Assembly (NCBI GenBank): GCA_963775465.1
Contig: CAVZIW010000006.1
Location: 32,001 to 96,000, forward strand
Direction: 5' to 3'
DNA from: Candidatus Bathyarchaeota archaeon
GTDB lineage: Archaea; Thermoproteota; Bathyarchaeia; Bathyarchaeales; Bathycorpusculaceae
DNA length: 64,000 nucleotides
Under the pieces are notes generated by a model. The model had not been told where the DNA came from, searched no databases, and saw nothing but the letters and a program-made list of their open reading frames with translations. A program made the position numbers and the translations under genes. Positions within the stretch are counted from its first letter, which is position 1. Each line of letters begins with the position of its first letter. Below are positions 38,983-50,519 of this stretch, one piece after another.

Positions 38983-41877
38983 ATGCAACCAGAAAGCATC
39001 AGTTCAGTTTTCAAGATACTTGCTAAACCTGTTCGCAAAGCGTTAGCAACTCTTGGTTTTTCGACGCCGACTTTGCCGCAGACATTGGCTTTTCCGCCTA
39101 TTCTGGAAGGTAAGAATGTTCTATTGATTGCTCCAACGGGCACGGGAAAAACTGAAGCTGTGTTGTTGCCAATTTTCTCGAAGCTGGTGGAGCAGAATAC
39201 TCGAGAAGCAAAAGGAATCCAAGTTATCTATGTCACACCTCTACGTGCCCTTAATCGTGACATGCTAAAACGACTAACTTTTTGGAGTCAGCAACTTGAT
39301 ATAACCGTGGATTTGCGGCATGGCGATACGGAGATGAAAATCCGTCGCAAGCAAGCTAAAAAACCACCTCAAATGCTCGTCACTACACCAGAAACTCTTC
39401 AAGCAATTCTGCCTGGCTCACAAATGCGTCGTCACCTTGGAAACGTTCAAACCGTCGTTATAGATGAAGTGCATGATTTGGCTGAAAGCAAACGGGGTAT
39501 CCAGTTGACGGTGGCGCTGGAACGTATAGTTGAAGCAACAGGAAAGGATTTTCAGCGAATCGGTTTATCCGCTACAGTGGGCAACCCCGAAGAAGTTGCC
39601 CGTTTCATAGCTGGAGCAGACAGAGAGTGTCAATGTTGTGCAGGCAATTCTTGCAAAGAACTACTGCTATAGCGTTGAATCCATTTCGCCCACTGAAAAA
39701 GACTATGAATTAGCAGCCAAACTGGAAACTGCACCTGAAGCTGCAGCACGTATCCGCCGATTATTGGATCTTATCGAAAGCCACAAGTCTACGTTGGTTT
39801 TCGTAAATAGCCGAACAATCGCGGAGCTGCTGGGGCACCGTTTTGACCAGCTGGGACGCCAAGACATAGCCGTGCACCATGGCTCCCTGTCTAGGGAAGA
39901 ACGGGTTTCTATCGAAGACCAATTCAAAGCAGGGCAACTTCGTGCAATTATCTGTACCAGCACCCTGGAACTGGGCATAGACATAGGTAATGTGGACATG
40001 GTAGTGCAGTATATGTCGCCTCGGCAAGTTAGCAGCTTAATACAGCGCGTAGGCAGAAGCGGTCACAGTTTAGAGCGACTTTCAGAGGGCGTCATTGTTA
40101 CATCGTTTCCTGACGATACTTTAGAGTCTGTCGCAGCGGTGTCTAATGCTAGCCAAAACAAAATTGAACCAGTAATTATTCCACAAGAATGCGTTGGATG
40201 TTTTGGCGCATCAAATTGCAGGCATTCTCCTAGATAAACAACTCATCATGCAAACCGAGCTTTCAGTCATAATTCATCGTGCATATCCATATAGCACATT
40301 AACGGAGGAAAAGCTACAAGATGTTACAATTTTTTTGGAGAGTCCTCCACAAACTAAGAACAGAAGAGGACGGAAAAGTTTTGAAAAAAACAGGTCGAAC
40401 ACGTGAATACTACTACACAAACCTATCCATGATCCCTGACGAAAAACGCTATCCAGTAATCAACGTAATATCCGACCGCAAAATCGGCACACTCGGCGAT
40501 GAATTTATGACCCTGCATGCACGAGTAGGCTTGAATTTTATTATGAGAGGAAAAGTTTGGAGGATGGTTCAAATTGAGGACGAAACGGGCACTGTCCATG
40601 TTTTGCCTGCCGAAGACCCATCTGCTGCTGTTCCCGGTTGGGATGGTGAAATTCTACCGGTTCCATTTGACTTGGCGCAGCAAACAGGTGCTATACGGGA
40701 GAAAGTTGGGAAAATACTAAAACAGGGAAAAAAACCCGAGGCAACGGCGGAAGAATTGGCAGATGATTTTAAGACCGATAAGGAAACCATTCTTGAGGCT
40801 GCCTTGGAAATTGACGAACACATAAAAGAAGCTGTGCCCCTTCCAACACAAAACCACATAGTCATTGAAGTGCTAGACCGCTATATTGTTGTGCATGCGT
40901 GTTTTGGTGAGCTTGTCAACCGCACCTTTGGCGGAATCTTTGATTCTATACTTTCCGAGCGTGAAGCCATCACTGGCTGGTGGACAGACGGCTATAGAAT
41001 CCTCATAGAAACTTCCCATAAACTAGCCAAAAGGGAAGTTGAAGCGTTACCCAAAGAACTCTTCGAATTAACTAAAGAGCGTGTGGATGACGCATTCCTA
41101 ACTTATGTTAACTCAAAATTCCCATTTGTAGCCAGAATGAAAACCATCGCAGAACGATTCGGTGCCTTACCTAGAGGCAAAACTTTGGCTCATTCTGACC
41201 GAGCAGAGAAACTTAAAGCGGCTTTTGAAGATACACCCATCTACGACGAGACATTGCGGGAAGCAATGATGGATAAAGTTGATCTTTTGAAAGTAAAGCA
41301 GATAATTCGTGATATTGCAGACGGAAAAGTCAGCGTTTCCGCAATAATGCGTAAAAAGCCCTCACCATTGGCCTATCATATTTTGATGCAATACGCCGAT
41401 ACCGCTGAACTCATGGCGCCAGAACGTGTGCTATTAACTAACATTGACCGAATGAGACATTCAATCGATGCCCGAACAGCTAAACTACTCTGCCTGAATT
41501 GCGCTGTGTGGACAAAACAAATCCGCATAAAAGAATTATCTGACGAGCCTGAATGCGAAAACTGCCACTCGCGTCTACTTACGTTGCTGTATACAAGCCA
41601 AGATGCAGATAAACTCGCTGGAGATTTGCGTAAACGCCGAGAAGGCAAAGAACTAACGCCTGAAGACCTCAAAGAACTAAGCAATGCACGGCGCAAGGCA
41701 GATTTAATTTTGAGTTATGGGAAACAGGCGGTGCGAGCTCTACAGGTAAAGGGCGTTGGCCCTGAGACGGCTTCGAGAATTTTGGGCAAAATGCATCCGG
41801 ACGATGATTCCTTCTACATGGATTTGCTTAAAGCGAAAGTGCAATATTTGAGGACAAGAGAATACTGGGACAAATAA
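38983..41877 (+). CDS. lhr: Lhr-family SF2 helicase (frameshifts near 39630, 40185 and 40335)
   Basis: APTGTGKT, DEVH, SAT, HHGSLS, TSTLELGID, QRVGRSGH, C-terminal Cys4 and GVGPETA. Confidence 0.92.
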
Positions 41878-41928
41878 GTTGCAAGGTTTAATAGGGAATG
41901 CGCTTGAATTTGGTTTAGCCGTGGTATT

Positions 41929-43216
41929 GTGGAGAAGAAGGAAGAGAGAGTTCTTAAGCGTTCAATCGGCTTGTGGAGCGCCGTCGCCATTAATGTTGGC
42001 GCAATTATAGGTGGCGGTATATTCGTTGTTACCGGTATTGTTGCAGGTTACGCTGGTTCAGCCCTCATAATATCCATGATAATTGCGGGCATTATCGCGT
42101 TTATTACTGCTTTTAGTTTTTCACGGTTAACAGCTTGGCAACCTATAGAAGGGAGCGTGTATGAGTACGGTCGCCAAATGGTGTCGCCCTATGTCGGTTT
42201 TATTGCGGGCTGGATGTGGATGGTAGCTAACACATTTACTGGTGCAGCAGTTTCTCTAGGCTTTGCCTATTACTTGGCATCAGCTTTCCCAAGTATAGCC
42301 AGCAATATTGTTGCAGCTATCTTGTGTTTGGGTTTTACAGGTTTGAATTTAGTTGGAGCCAAGGAATCAGCTAGTGTCAACAATATTCTTGTTACCATAA
42401 AACTTTTGGTGTTGGCTTTTTTCGTGGTTTTCGGTCTTTTACATGTAAGTGAAGCCAACTTTACTCCGTTTGTGCCTCTTTCCAGCGGTGTTTTGTATGG
42501 CGCGTTTTTTATCTTTTTTGCTTATGGGGGGTTTGCGCGGGTGGCAGTGGTTGCAGAGGAGGTTAAAGACGCAAAACGAAATGTGCCCCGTGCAATGCTT
42601 CTATCTCTTGGGATTTCGATGTTGGTTTACGTTTTGGTGGGTTTGGTTGCTGTGGGGTTGTTGGGTTCAACTGGGCTTTCAGGCTCAGGTTCACCGTTAA
42701 GTGAAGCCATCGGTATTACAGGGAAGTTCGTTAGCAGTGCAGATTGTAGCTGTTGGAGGGTTAGTTGCAACTGCGAGCGTTTTGTTGACGTCGATTTTGG
42801 GTGTATCACGCATGGCCTACTCGATGGCAAGACGCAACGATTTGCCCAGTGCACTTTCGCGGTTACACCACAAATTTTTCACGCCTTATTATGCAATTCT
42901 TTTTAGTGGAATTTTGATGGCATTATTGGTCTTGTTTGTAGATTTGACTAGAGTGGTAGCGATTAGCACTTTTGCATTGCTATTTTACTATTCAGTCACT
43001 AATGTTGCTGCTTTTAGGTTGAAAAACGGGGGTTGGCGGTTAAGGGTGTTTTCGTTGGTGGGGTTTGCAACATGCTTGCTTTTGCTGGCGTTTGTATTGT
43101 TTGTTTCTCTTGATGCTTGGATTGTCGGGGTATTTTTCTTGACTATTGGAACCGTTTACTATTTGGTTCATAAACGAATAATATCTGTACAAAAAAAGAA
43201 GTTTAGGTTGCGGTAA
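41929..43216 (+). CDS. APC-family amino acid permease (frameshift near 42720)
   Basis: GAIIGGGIF, FFAYGGF...EEVKDAKRNVPRA, SRMAYSMARRNDLP. Confidence 0.92.
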
Positions 43217-43258
43217 CAATTTTAAGCTTTAAAATAAGTTATCTGTTAGGATAATCTG

Positions 43259-43975
43259 ATGACGATTAAAGCTGTTCTATTCGATATGTTCGATACACTT
43301 TTTCTAATAGAAAAAAACCATGAGTTCTACAGTCCAGCTCTAATGCGGATGTTCACGTACCTAAACAAGCACGGTATCAAAGTGTCTTTTGATAAGTTTA
43401 ATGCAGCATACGTAGAGGCTCGAGATAGAATTTATGCTCGAGTTGAAGATAGTTTTGAGGAACCGCACTTTAACGTTCGTGTTTTTGAGACTCTAAAGAG
43501 TTTAGGCTTTGACTATGAAATTTCCAGCCCCCTTGTAGCGGCGGCAACTAATGAGTTCTGTGAGGAATTCATGACCTATGTAAAAATAGATGTTTATGCC
43601 AAGGCAATGCTCAAGAGATTGCATAGTAAATACAAATTAGGAATAGTATCCAACTTCGCAATACCTGAATGCGTCTTCAAACTGATTAAAGCAGAAGGTT
43701 TGGAAAGTTATTTTGACGTGGTTATGGTTTCTGCCGCAGTCAACAAACGAAAGCCGTGTCCAGGAATCTTTCAAGATTCTTTAAAAATTCTTGGCGTTTC
43801 CCCCAAAGAGGCTGTTTTTGTAGGCGACACAATTGATTCTGATATTGAGGGAGCCAAAGCAGTTGGGATGAGAGCTGTATACATTGAACGCCGATTGCAG
43901 AAATCCGATAAAGTTTGTCCAGACTTTGCGATTAAGAATCTCAATGAGCTACTCACTGCGCTTGATCAATGTTAA
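43259..43975 (+). CDS. HAD-superfamily hydrolase
   Basis: FDMFDTL, SN, KP, VGDTIDSDIEGA. Confidence 0.92.
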   Translation: MTIKAVLFDMFDTLFLIEKNHEFYSPALMRMFTYLNKHGIKVSFDKFNAAYVEARDRIYARVEDSFEEPHFNVRVFETLKSLGFDYEISSPLVAAATNEFCEEFMTYVKIDVYAKAMLKRLHSKYKLGIVSNFAIPECVFKLIKAEGLESYFDVVMVSAAVNKRKPCPGIFQDSLKILGVSPKEAVFVGDTIDSDIEGAKAVGMRAVYIERRLQKSDKVCPDFAIKNLNELLTALDQC

Positions 43976-44066
43976 AAAAGCAGTTAGGTTAAGTAGGCGG
44001 AAAAATTTTAGTATGCGATTGTGAAATTATCGAAAAACTTTACTTTGAGTCCGAGAAAAACAACAA

Positions 44067-44576
44067 GTGAGTAGCATGTTAATTGGCGCAATATCAGATA
44101 CGCATGATAATTTGCCGCTTATAGAGAAAGCGGTGAAAATCTTTAACGAAAAAAAAGTGAGTTTAGTATTCCACGCTGGTGACTATGTTGCCGGTTTTGT
44201 AATTCCTAAACTCAATATGCTAAGTTGCCCCCTAATTGGTGTGCTTGGAAACAACGACGGTGACCATGAACTCCTGAAAAAAAAGTTCAGTGAAACAAAC
44301 AATTGCAGACTCCACGACCGCTTTGCTCAAATAAGTGTTGACGAAGACTTTAGGATCGCAGTTTTGCATGGGCACGAAACTGAACTTCTAAATGCCATAG
44401 TAGACAGTCAATACTACGACGCTGTAATCCATGGACACTCACATTACTTGGGCTCTGAGAAAAAGGGCAAGACTCTAAGTATTAACCCAGGAGAAGCATG
44501 CGGATACCTAACAGGAAAACCAACTATTGCAATTTTAGATACAAATAAGCGGCAAACACAAATATTCGAACTCTAA
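44067..44576 (+). CDS. Metallophosphoesterase (YfcE/MJ0936 family)
   Basis: SDTHD, HAGD, GNND, HG, GHSH, NPGE. Confidence 0.92.
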   Translation: MSSMLIGAISDTHDNLPLIEKAVKIFNEKKVSLVFHAGDYVAGFVIPKLNMLSCPLIGVLGNNDGDHELLKKKFSETNNCRLHDRFAQISVDEDFRIAVLHGHETELLNAIVDSQYYDAVIHGHSHYLGSEKKGKTLSINPGEACGYLTGKPTIAILDTNKRQTQIFEL

Positions 44577-44772
44577 ATTTGGTCCAAATACTGACAGGCC
44601 TATTTATAGCTAAAACCATTTTTCTTTGCTGTTTACGCAGTTGTTGATGTTTATAATACTTAATTTTCATCAGGTGCGTTGAAAAACTATACAATTTACG
44701 GCGGCATTTTGCACTTTTTTATTCGATTATCTATAAATTAACAAAGTCCTTGTCTGTTTTCTTAGATCAATA

Positions 44773-45519
44773 ATGTTTCCTGAATCCTCCTCAAATCCCG
44801 ATCCTGCGACAAAACTAAGAGATGCAGTGGCCTATGATAGTGCTGGGAAATATGAAAGCGCTCTTATGTCCCTTGACGAAGCGATTTCAATTCAAGCTGA
44901 CTATGTTGATGCTTGGCTCATCAAAGGTGTAATTTATGGTAAGCTCGGCAAATGCAGTGAGGCGCTCAAATGCTATGACAAAGTAATTGATTTGGATTCC
45001 AGTCATGCGCCTGTGTGGCGTGTAAAAGCAGCAACATTTGCTTCACTTAATCAGCATGATAAGGCAGCAGAATGTTTTGTAAAAGCTTTAGAGTTGGATC
45101 CAGCAAACTTGGAGTATCGTTTAGCTCTTGCGCTTTCATTTCAAAGATTAAAGCGCTTTGAAGAAGCTCTCGCCTGCTATGCTGAGGCAAAAAAGCAAAA
45201 ACCCGATGATCCTCGAATCGATTATTTCATAGGAGTTATGTGGAGCAATTTGGCGGATTACCAAAAAGCCTTGAGTTCATTCGATGAAGCATTGCGGCTT
45301 AAACCTGATTTTTCAAATGCTTTGTTGGCTAAAGGAATCGTGTTAGGTAAGCTAGGAAAAACAGAAGAAGCCAAACAAATCGCTGATAAACTGTTGGAAA
45401 CAAAAGGCGAATCAGAAGAGGAAAATCAAAAACAGCCTCAATCCTTGAACGATTCTATTAGGAACGAGTTTAGAAATGCACAAAAACGCTTCAACGAAAA
45501 ATATTCTAGACCCGCATAA
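44773..45519 (+). CDS. Tetratricopeptide repeat protein
   Basis: Several tandem TPRs (e.g. AWLIKG...ALKCYDKVIDLD). Confidence 0.9.
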   Translation: MFPESSSNPDPATKLRDAVAYDSAGKYESALMSLDEAISIQADYVDAWLIKGVIYGKLGKCSEALKCYDKVIDLDSSHAPVWRVKAATFASLNQHDKAAECFVKALELDPANLEYRLALALSFQRLKRFEEALACYAEAKKQKPDDPRIDYFIGVMWSNLADYQKALSSFDEALRLKPDFSNALLAKGIVLGKLGKTEEAKQIADKLLETKGESEEENQKQPQSLNDSIRNEFRNAQKRFNEKYSRPA

Positions 45520-45528
45520 CTTGCGAGC

Positions 45529-46467
45529 TTATCTGCTTCTTTTATTGTATGGTTCTCTTAAATTGTTAGCTTTCACGAACAGTTGTTTTAGTTCTTCGTC
45601 TGTTGCGCCTTGGCGGATTGGAGTTAAAATGTCTGTTAAGTTGTCGTTTCGCATCAAACAAGGTTTTAGTTTGCCATCACTGGTTACTCGAAGTCGTGTG
45701 CAGTGCATGCAGAAGTCGGTGTTTTCGATAGGTTTAACAACTTCTACAGTTGCGTTGGGTAAATGGTAAATTAAGCGGTTATGCATAAAGGGACGTTTCT
45801 CGATTGAGATCGCTTTTGCTTTGAGTAAGGCTTCTTGTTCGTCTAAACCTCGATGATGTTCCTTGTAATAGTTGTTGCTAACATTCACCGGGTCCAATTC
45901 GATAAGCTGTAAAACAATATTGTTTTGTCCAGCAAATTCGATTAAACTCGGTACATCGGTGACGTTTACGTCCTTTAAAATAACCATGTTTAGTTTTACA
46001 GGACAGTATTTCGCTTCAATAGCAGCTTTTATTCCGCTTAAAGCGTTTTCGAGTTTTCCACCTGTGAGTTTTTGATAAGTTTCGGGGTTAAGTGAGGGCA
46101 AACTTATGTTTACACGTTTAAGTCCGCAATTGTGCAGCTTCTTTGCCGCACCATCGACAAGCAAAAGTCCATTAGTTGTTAAAGATAAATCCCGTAAACC
46201 TGGCAGCCCCGCAATGCCTGCGACTATTTCTGAGAGGTCTGTTCGCATTAGTGGTTCACCACCAGTTAACTTTATTCGGGAAATGCCCAATCCTAAAGCG
46301 ATTTTGGCTATATGCACAATTTCCTCAACCGACATGAATTCGGCAGAGCGGTTGGCGCGTTGTACTTCACCTTCTCGATGACAATAAGCACACTTGTTGT
46401 TGCATCGCTGAGTAATTGAAATCCGAAGATTAAGAAGCGGTCTACCACAATTGTCTCTTAAACTCAT
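45529..46467 (-). CDS. moaA: GTP 3',8-cyclase
   Basis: CNNKCAYCHREG, TGGEP, FCMHCTRLRVTSDGKLKPCL. Confidence 0.95.
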   Translation of the reverse strand: MSLRDNCGRPLLNLRISITQRCNNKCAYCHREGEVQRANRSAEFMSVEEIVHIAKIALGLGISRIKLTGGEPLMRTDLSEIVAGIAGLPGLRDLSLTTNGLLLVDGAAKKLHNCGLKRVNISLPSLNPETYQKLTGGKLENALSGIKAAIEAKYCPVKLNMVILKDVNVTDVPSLIEFAGQNNIVLQLIELDPVNVSNNYYKEHHRGLDEQEALLKAKAISIEKRPFMHNRLIYHLPNATVEVVKPIENTDFCMHCTRLRVTSDGKLKPCLMRNDNLTDILTPIRQGATDEELKQLFVKANNLREPYNKRSR

Positions 46468-47003
46468 CGTTGTTCCCGCGCGTGCTTAACGATGTGAGGC
46501 GCTTCGGGCAAAATAAGCATTTCGACCGATGTCTTCACAGCGTCAGGCGAACCCGGGATGCAGAAAATTGCCTTTCCTTTTGCGACTCCAGCTACCGCAC
46601 GAGTCAGAATCGCCGCAGAGCCGACTTTTTCAAAGCTTATGCGGCGGAAAAACTCTCCAAATCCTGGTAGGGTCTTCTCAAAAAAGGGTGTAACCGTTTC
46701 GATCGTGATGTCTGTTGGTGTTATTCCTGTTCCGCCTGAAAAGATGGCGACATCTAATTCAGACAACCCCAAAATGAACATTGCAGCATCTTGAATTTGA
46801 GTTTCGTCATCAGCAATTATTTTCTTAAAGATAATCTTATGCCCGGCTTTAGAGATTAAATCAACTGCTGTATCTCCACCAATGTCACTAACATCTTTTT
46901 CGTTTGCCTCGATTTGCTTGGAACGGGACGTACTGCAGATAAAAACGCCAAATCTCAAAGTTTTTTCTGATTTTGCTTTGTGCTGTTTAGAACTTTCACT
47001 CAT
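46464..47003 (-). CDS. moaB: Molybdopterin adenylyltransferase (MoaB/Mog)
   Basis: GGTGITPTDIT, PGFGEFFR, PGSP. Confidence 0.92.
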   Translation of the reverse strand: MSESSKQHKAKSEKTLRFGVFICSTSRSKQIEANEKDVSDIGGDTAVDLISKAGHKIIFKKIIADDETQIQDAAMFILGLSELDVAIFSGGTGITPTDITIETVTPFFEKTLPGFGEFFRRISFEKVGSAAILTRAVAGVAKGKAIFCIPGSPDAVKTSVEMLILPEAPHIVKHAREQR

Positions 47004-47005
47004 AA

Positions 47006-47443
47006 TTATGCCTGCTTTAATTTCTTAACCACAAAAATATTCTCAATAGCTGTTGAAGGATACTGTCCAGTGGGATCTTTCTCATATTGTTTGGTCATAT
47101 CCCAGACAGTTAAAAGTGCTGCGGAAACTGCTGTTAGTGCTTCCATTTCTACTCCTGTTTGGGCTCTGGTTTTTACTGTTGCAGTGGCTTCAACGGTTGC
47201 TTTGTTTGAAACCTTCACCATGACCTCAACATTGGTAAGAGGTAGTGGATGACAAAGAGGAATCAGATCACTTGTTTTTTTCGCTGCAAGCACACCTGCA
47301 ATTTTAGCAGTGTAGAGTGGATCACCTTTCGCGATTTTGCTTGTTTTTATCAAATCGATTGTTTCTGGTTTTAGTTTTATTGAGCCTGTTGCTGTGGCTT
47401 CCCTTAAAACCTGAGCCTTTCCTGAAACATCAACCATAGCCAA
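47006..47443 (-). CDS. moaC: Cyclic pyranopterin monophosphate synthase
   Basis: MVDVSGK, LIPLCHP, TGVEMEALT, WDMTK. Confidence 0.95.
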   Translation of the reverse strand: MAMVDVSGKAQVLREATATGSIKLKPETIDLIKTSKIAKGDPLYTAKIAGVLAAKKTSDLIPLCHPLPLTNVEVMVKVSNKATVEATATVKTRAQTGVEMEALTAVSAALLTVWDMTKQYEKDPTGQYPSTAIENIFVVKKLKQA

Positions 47444-47600
47444 ACTTTATCCTTCCTTGATTTGCGATCTTTAGATAACTTAGTTTTTCTTGCTCTTTAA
47501 GGCAACTGTTAAGCGGACCTTTGTTTTTTGACCCATCATATTGGTTTAGCAAACAGAAATAGAGATGTGCTCATACAGGAGAAAACCGGCTTTTTAGGGA

Positions 47601-47864
47601 TTAGTTTTTTTCCCAAACCTCAATAAGTGCAGCAACCGCTTTGGCTTTTGCAGTACCCTCGTTTAAACGGTACATTCGGATTCGACCATACTTTCGTTCT
47701 TCCAAGATTCCCTCATTTTCCAAAACCTTGAGATGACCTGCTGTTGAAGCGTAATTCATCTTAACTCGGCGCGCTACATCAGAAACGTTTAACGAGCCCA
47801 AGGTGTAGATTAACTTTAAAATTTTCATCCGCGGTTTGGATGAAAAAATATCTTCTAACTCCAA
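47601..47864 (-). CDS. ArsR-like winged-helix protein
   Basis: FSSKPRMKIL...HLKVLENEGIL...GRIRMYRL. Confidence 0.85.
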   Translation of the reverse strand: MELEDIFSSKPRMKILKLIYTLGSLNVSDVARRVKMNYASTAGHLKVLENEGILEERKYGRIRMYRLNEGTAKAKAVAALIEVWEKN

Positions 47865-49046
47865 CTATGCTCTCTCCGATTGTAAAGTCGCAGTCATTTC
47901 TTTTTCTAATTCTACGGCTGGAACGGTAGGCAATGAAAGCTTTGTTTGGCGTCCACGAGATTCGGCAGCTACAACTTCAGCTTTTAGAACACCAAGCGAT
48001 GACAAATACTGTGCGTAACTCCAGATCTGGGTATGACTGTTAGGGTGGATGTCGTATTCTTCGCAAATTACTGCATAAGCGTTTTCGACTTCTGAGAGCG
48101 AAGCGTACGCTTCATTGCTTTCCTTGAAGAATCGGGCTATTGCAAGCAAGAAAAGTTTCTCATGTAAACCCAGAGACGCTAGTTCGCTGCGCCGTAAGCC
48201 TGGGATTATAGCGGAAACTGCTTGGCGCACGCATTCAGGATCAACAGTATCAGAATTTTTGGAATCAGCGTATTTTCCAGCACGCCACAACATTTCGATC
48301 CCAAACCTAGCGTTTCCCGTTTGAGAATAAGCTAGATCGGCAACCAAGTCAATTACATCCTCTGACACTGCGCCTAACTCAAACGACATCGCAACTCGGT
48401 CATTTAAAATGTCAATAAGTTGACCTTTTCCGTATCGCTCCAAATTTATGATGCTTCGTTGCAGTGTACTTTTAGCGCTTTCATCCAAATGTTCAACAGC
48501 TTTCAAATTCCGCATAATGAAGATAAACGATAAACACTGCGGCAATCCTTGGCGCATTTCCTGCAGTCGCGTTAACTTATACACTGCATCTGAGCCTTCT
48601 TTTTCTACAAGGCTGTCAAACTCATCTAATGAGAGAATCATGTAGGTGTTTTCTGTGTCTAATGCTTTAAGAAGGAAATTGAGAAGTTCCTCAGCTGAGT
48701 ACCCACGGGCTGGAAAACTTGGTTCAAAAACTGAAAGTGCCCGATGTAGAATTGGCGCAAGACTTCCCCGATATTCTCGACAGTTAACGTGTACATAGCG
48801 GAATTTGGTGCCGCGTTTGTTGGCTTCAGAGGTTAAGGTTGCGCCAAAACGCTGGGTTAGGGCTGTTTTTCCAGTTCCAACCTCACCAGTCACGATGACG
48901 CGTTGAGACATCCTGTCTGGACAATTTAGGATGAAACTGAAGAATTCGGTTAGGAGCCGGTGTTCTTTGTCTCGGTGCGGCAGCTTTTGCGGAATATAGT
49001 TTATGTCAAGCTTAGACTCATCTTTAAACACGCTTTGATACGACAC
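47865..49046 (-). CDS. cdc6: Orc1/Cdc6 family replication initiator
   Basis: YIPQKLPHR, GEVGTGKT, VNCR, LDEFD, GNARFGI, C-terminal wHTH with RGRQT. Confidence 0.9.
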   Translation of the reverse strand: MSYQSVFKDESKLDINYIPQKLPHRDKEHRLLTEFFSFILNCPDRMSQRVIVTGEVGTGKTALTQRFGATLTSEANKRGTKFRYVHVNCREYRGSLAPILHRALSVFEPSFPARGYSAEELLNFLLKALDTENTYMILSLDEFDSLVEKEGSDAVYKLTRLQEMRQGLPQCLSFIFIMRNLKAVEHLDESAKSTLQRSIINLERYGKGQLIDILNDRVAMSFELGAVSEDVIDLVADLAYSQTGNARFGIEMLWRAGKYADSKNSDTVDPECVRQAVSAIIPGLRRSELASLGLHEKLFLLAIARFFKESNEAYASLSEVENAYAVICEEYDIHPNSHTQIWSYAQYLSSLGVLKAEVVAAESRGRQTKLSLPTVPAVELEKEMTATLQSERA

Positions 49047-49252
49047 GACTTAAATTCCTCAGTTGCAAATTGGTTGTTCTAGGACAATATTAGGTTTTAA
49101 AGAACAAAGGTATAAGGTTTGTATTAAAATTTTAAATCTTGCCCTAAATACTTGATCAATTTTATCCTGTTTCTTAATTTTTTGTTCGATTAATCATGAT
49201 ACAGCAAACTTTACATTATCGTTTCTCTTAAAATAAGACAGGTGAAACTAAA

Positions 49253-49480
49253 ATGGTCGTTCCCTTCTACATTCTCTTGCGAACTAGAATAGGCCAAAAT
49301 GCTAATGTCGTTCATCAGATACAAAAAATTGAAGGCGTTAAAGTGGTTCATTCCGTCATGGGGCACTACGATGTCATTCTGTATGCTGAAGGAACAAATC
49401 TTGAAGACGTGAGGCGTATTCGTGAGGCAGTGCATCAACTAAGAGATGTAACCATAACAGAAACAGCGATCCACACCTAA
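49253..49480 (+). CDS. Stand-alone Lrp/AsnC ligand-binding (RAM) domain protein
   Basis: IEGVKVVHSVMGHYDVI...TET; no HTH. Confidence 0.85.
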   Translation: MVVPFYILLRTRIGQNANVVHQIQKIEGVKVVHSVMGHYDVILYAEGTNLEDVRRIREAVHQLRDVTITETAIHT

Positions 49481-49613
49481 TTTTCCATTTTGCTTTGCAT
49501 GCAAAACAACAGGAAAATTACCTCTCACACAAGACTTATCTGAATAAGCGTATTTGAGTTTTAAAACAAAAGCCTAATAAATGAAGTCTGCAATCCTATT
49601 TTCCGATACCACG

Positions 49614-50174
49614 ATGATACCTAAATACTTCTTTTTTACAAAAGGGGTTGGCAAACACAAAGAACAACTCCAATCTTTCGAGTTAGCTCTAAGAGACGCC
49701 GGCATCCAAATGGCCAACCTAGTTAGCGTATCTAGTATTGTTCCCCCAGGCTGTGAACTGGTGACACGGGAAAGAGGATTAAAAATGATTTATCCAGGCG
49801 AAATCACTTTCGTTGTGATTGCTCGCAACTCAACTAACGAACCTCACCGCCTAGTTGCTTCCAGCATCGGCGTTGCGATTCCCTCAGGCAAAAACCAATA
49901 CGGCTACCTCTCTGAACACCACTCATTTGGGCAAACCGACGAAACCGCAGGTGACTATGCAGAAGACCTCGCAGCCACTATGCTTGCAACAACAATGGGT
50001 ATCCAGTTTGACCCCGAAACCGCGTGGGATGAACGCAAAAAGATCTTCAAAACCACAGGTTTAATCATAAAAACAGCCAATACAACTCAATCTGCTTCAG
50101 GGGACAAAAACGGCTTGTGGACCACAACCGTCGCAGCAGCAGTTTTGGTTCCCTCAGAGAATGGCAAAAAATAA
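49614..50174 (+). CDS. pdaD: Pyruvoyl-dependent arginine decarboxylase
   Basis: [11 protein letters not shown]...[11 protein letters not shown] (SS cleavage site), YGYLSEHH. Confidence 0.92.
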   Translation: MIPKYFFFTKGVGKHKEQLQSFELALRDAGIQMANLVSVSSIVPPGCELVTRERGLKMIYPGEITFVVIARNSTNEPHRLVASSIGVAIPSGKNQYGYLSEHHSFGQTDETAGDYAEDLAATMLATTMGIQFDPETAWDERKKIFKTTGLIIKTANTTQSASGDKNGLWTTTVAAAVLVPSENGKK

Positions 50175-50496
50175 CTATTCAAAACAATTTTCTTTGTTTA
50201 CCTCCTTAAAATAGGGTTTGAGATCAATTCTGAGTTAACACAAAATTTTTTGAGAATAATTCATTTTTCCATGGCACTATTTTAGTCATAAAAGCACGGC
50301 ATTTTATCGAAAAAGCGACAAGCAGGAGGTATTGTCCATACCCTATCGGTTTTGCACACTATTTACATTTTACAGCTTTTTCTTTGATTTATTTTGGATT
50401 TTTCTCCATTCAACGCGTCGTTGCACTGTTTTTTCGAGTAATGCCTCTATTTAACTTTAGCAGCCCTTGTCTTCTCGCGCAAACTCTATGACAAGG

Positions 50497-50519
50497 TTTA
50501 TAAGTATGCTATGTAGCAT
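50497..50519 (+). promoter_or_regulatory. Probable rpoB TATA box followed by palindrome ATGCTA-TG-TAGCAT
   Basis: TTTATAA at 50497-50503; 6-bp inverted repeat at 50506-50519. Confidence 0.4.

Noticed and set aside
38983-41877. Programmed frameshifting or genuine split of lhr
   Set aside because: Three breaks within a block where neighbouring genes are also broken; better explained by sequencing indels
49047-49252. Replication origin next to cdc6
   Set aside because: AT-rich but no ORB or mini-ORB repeats recognisable
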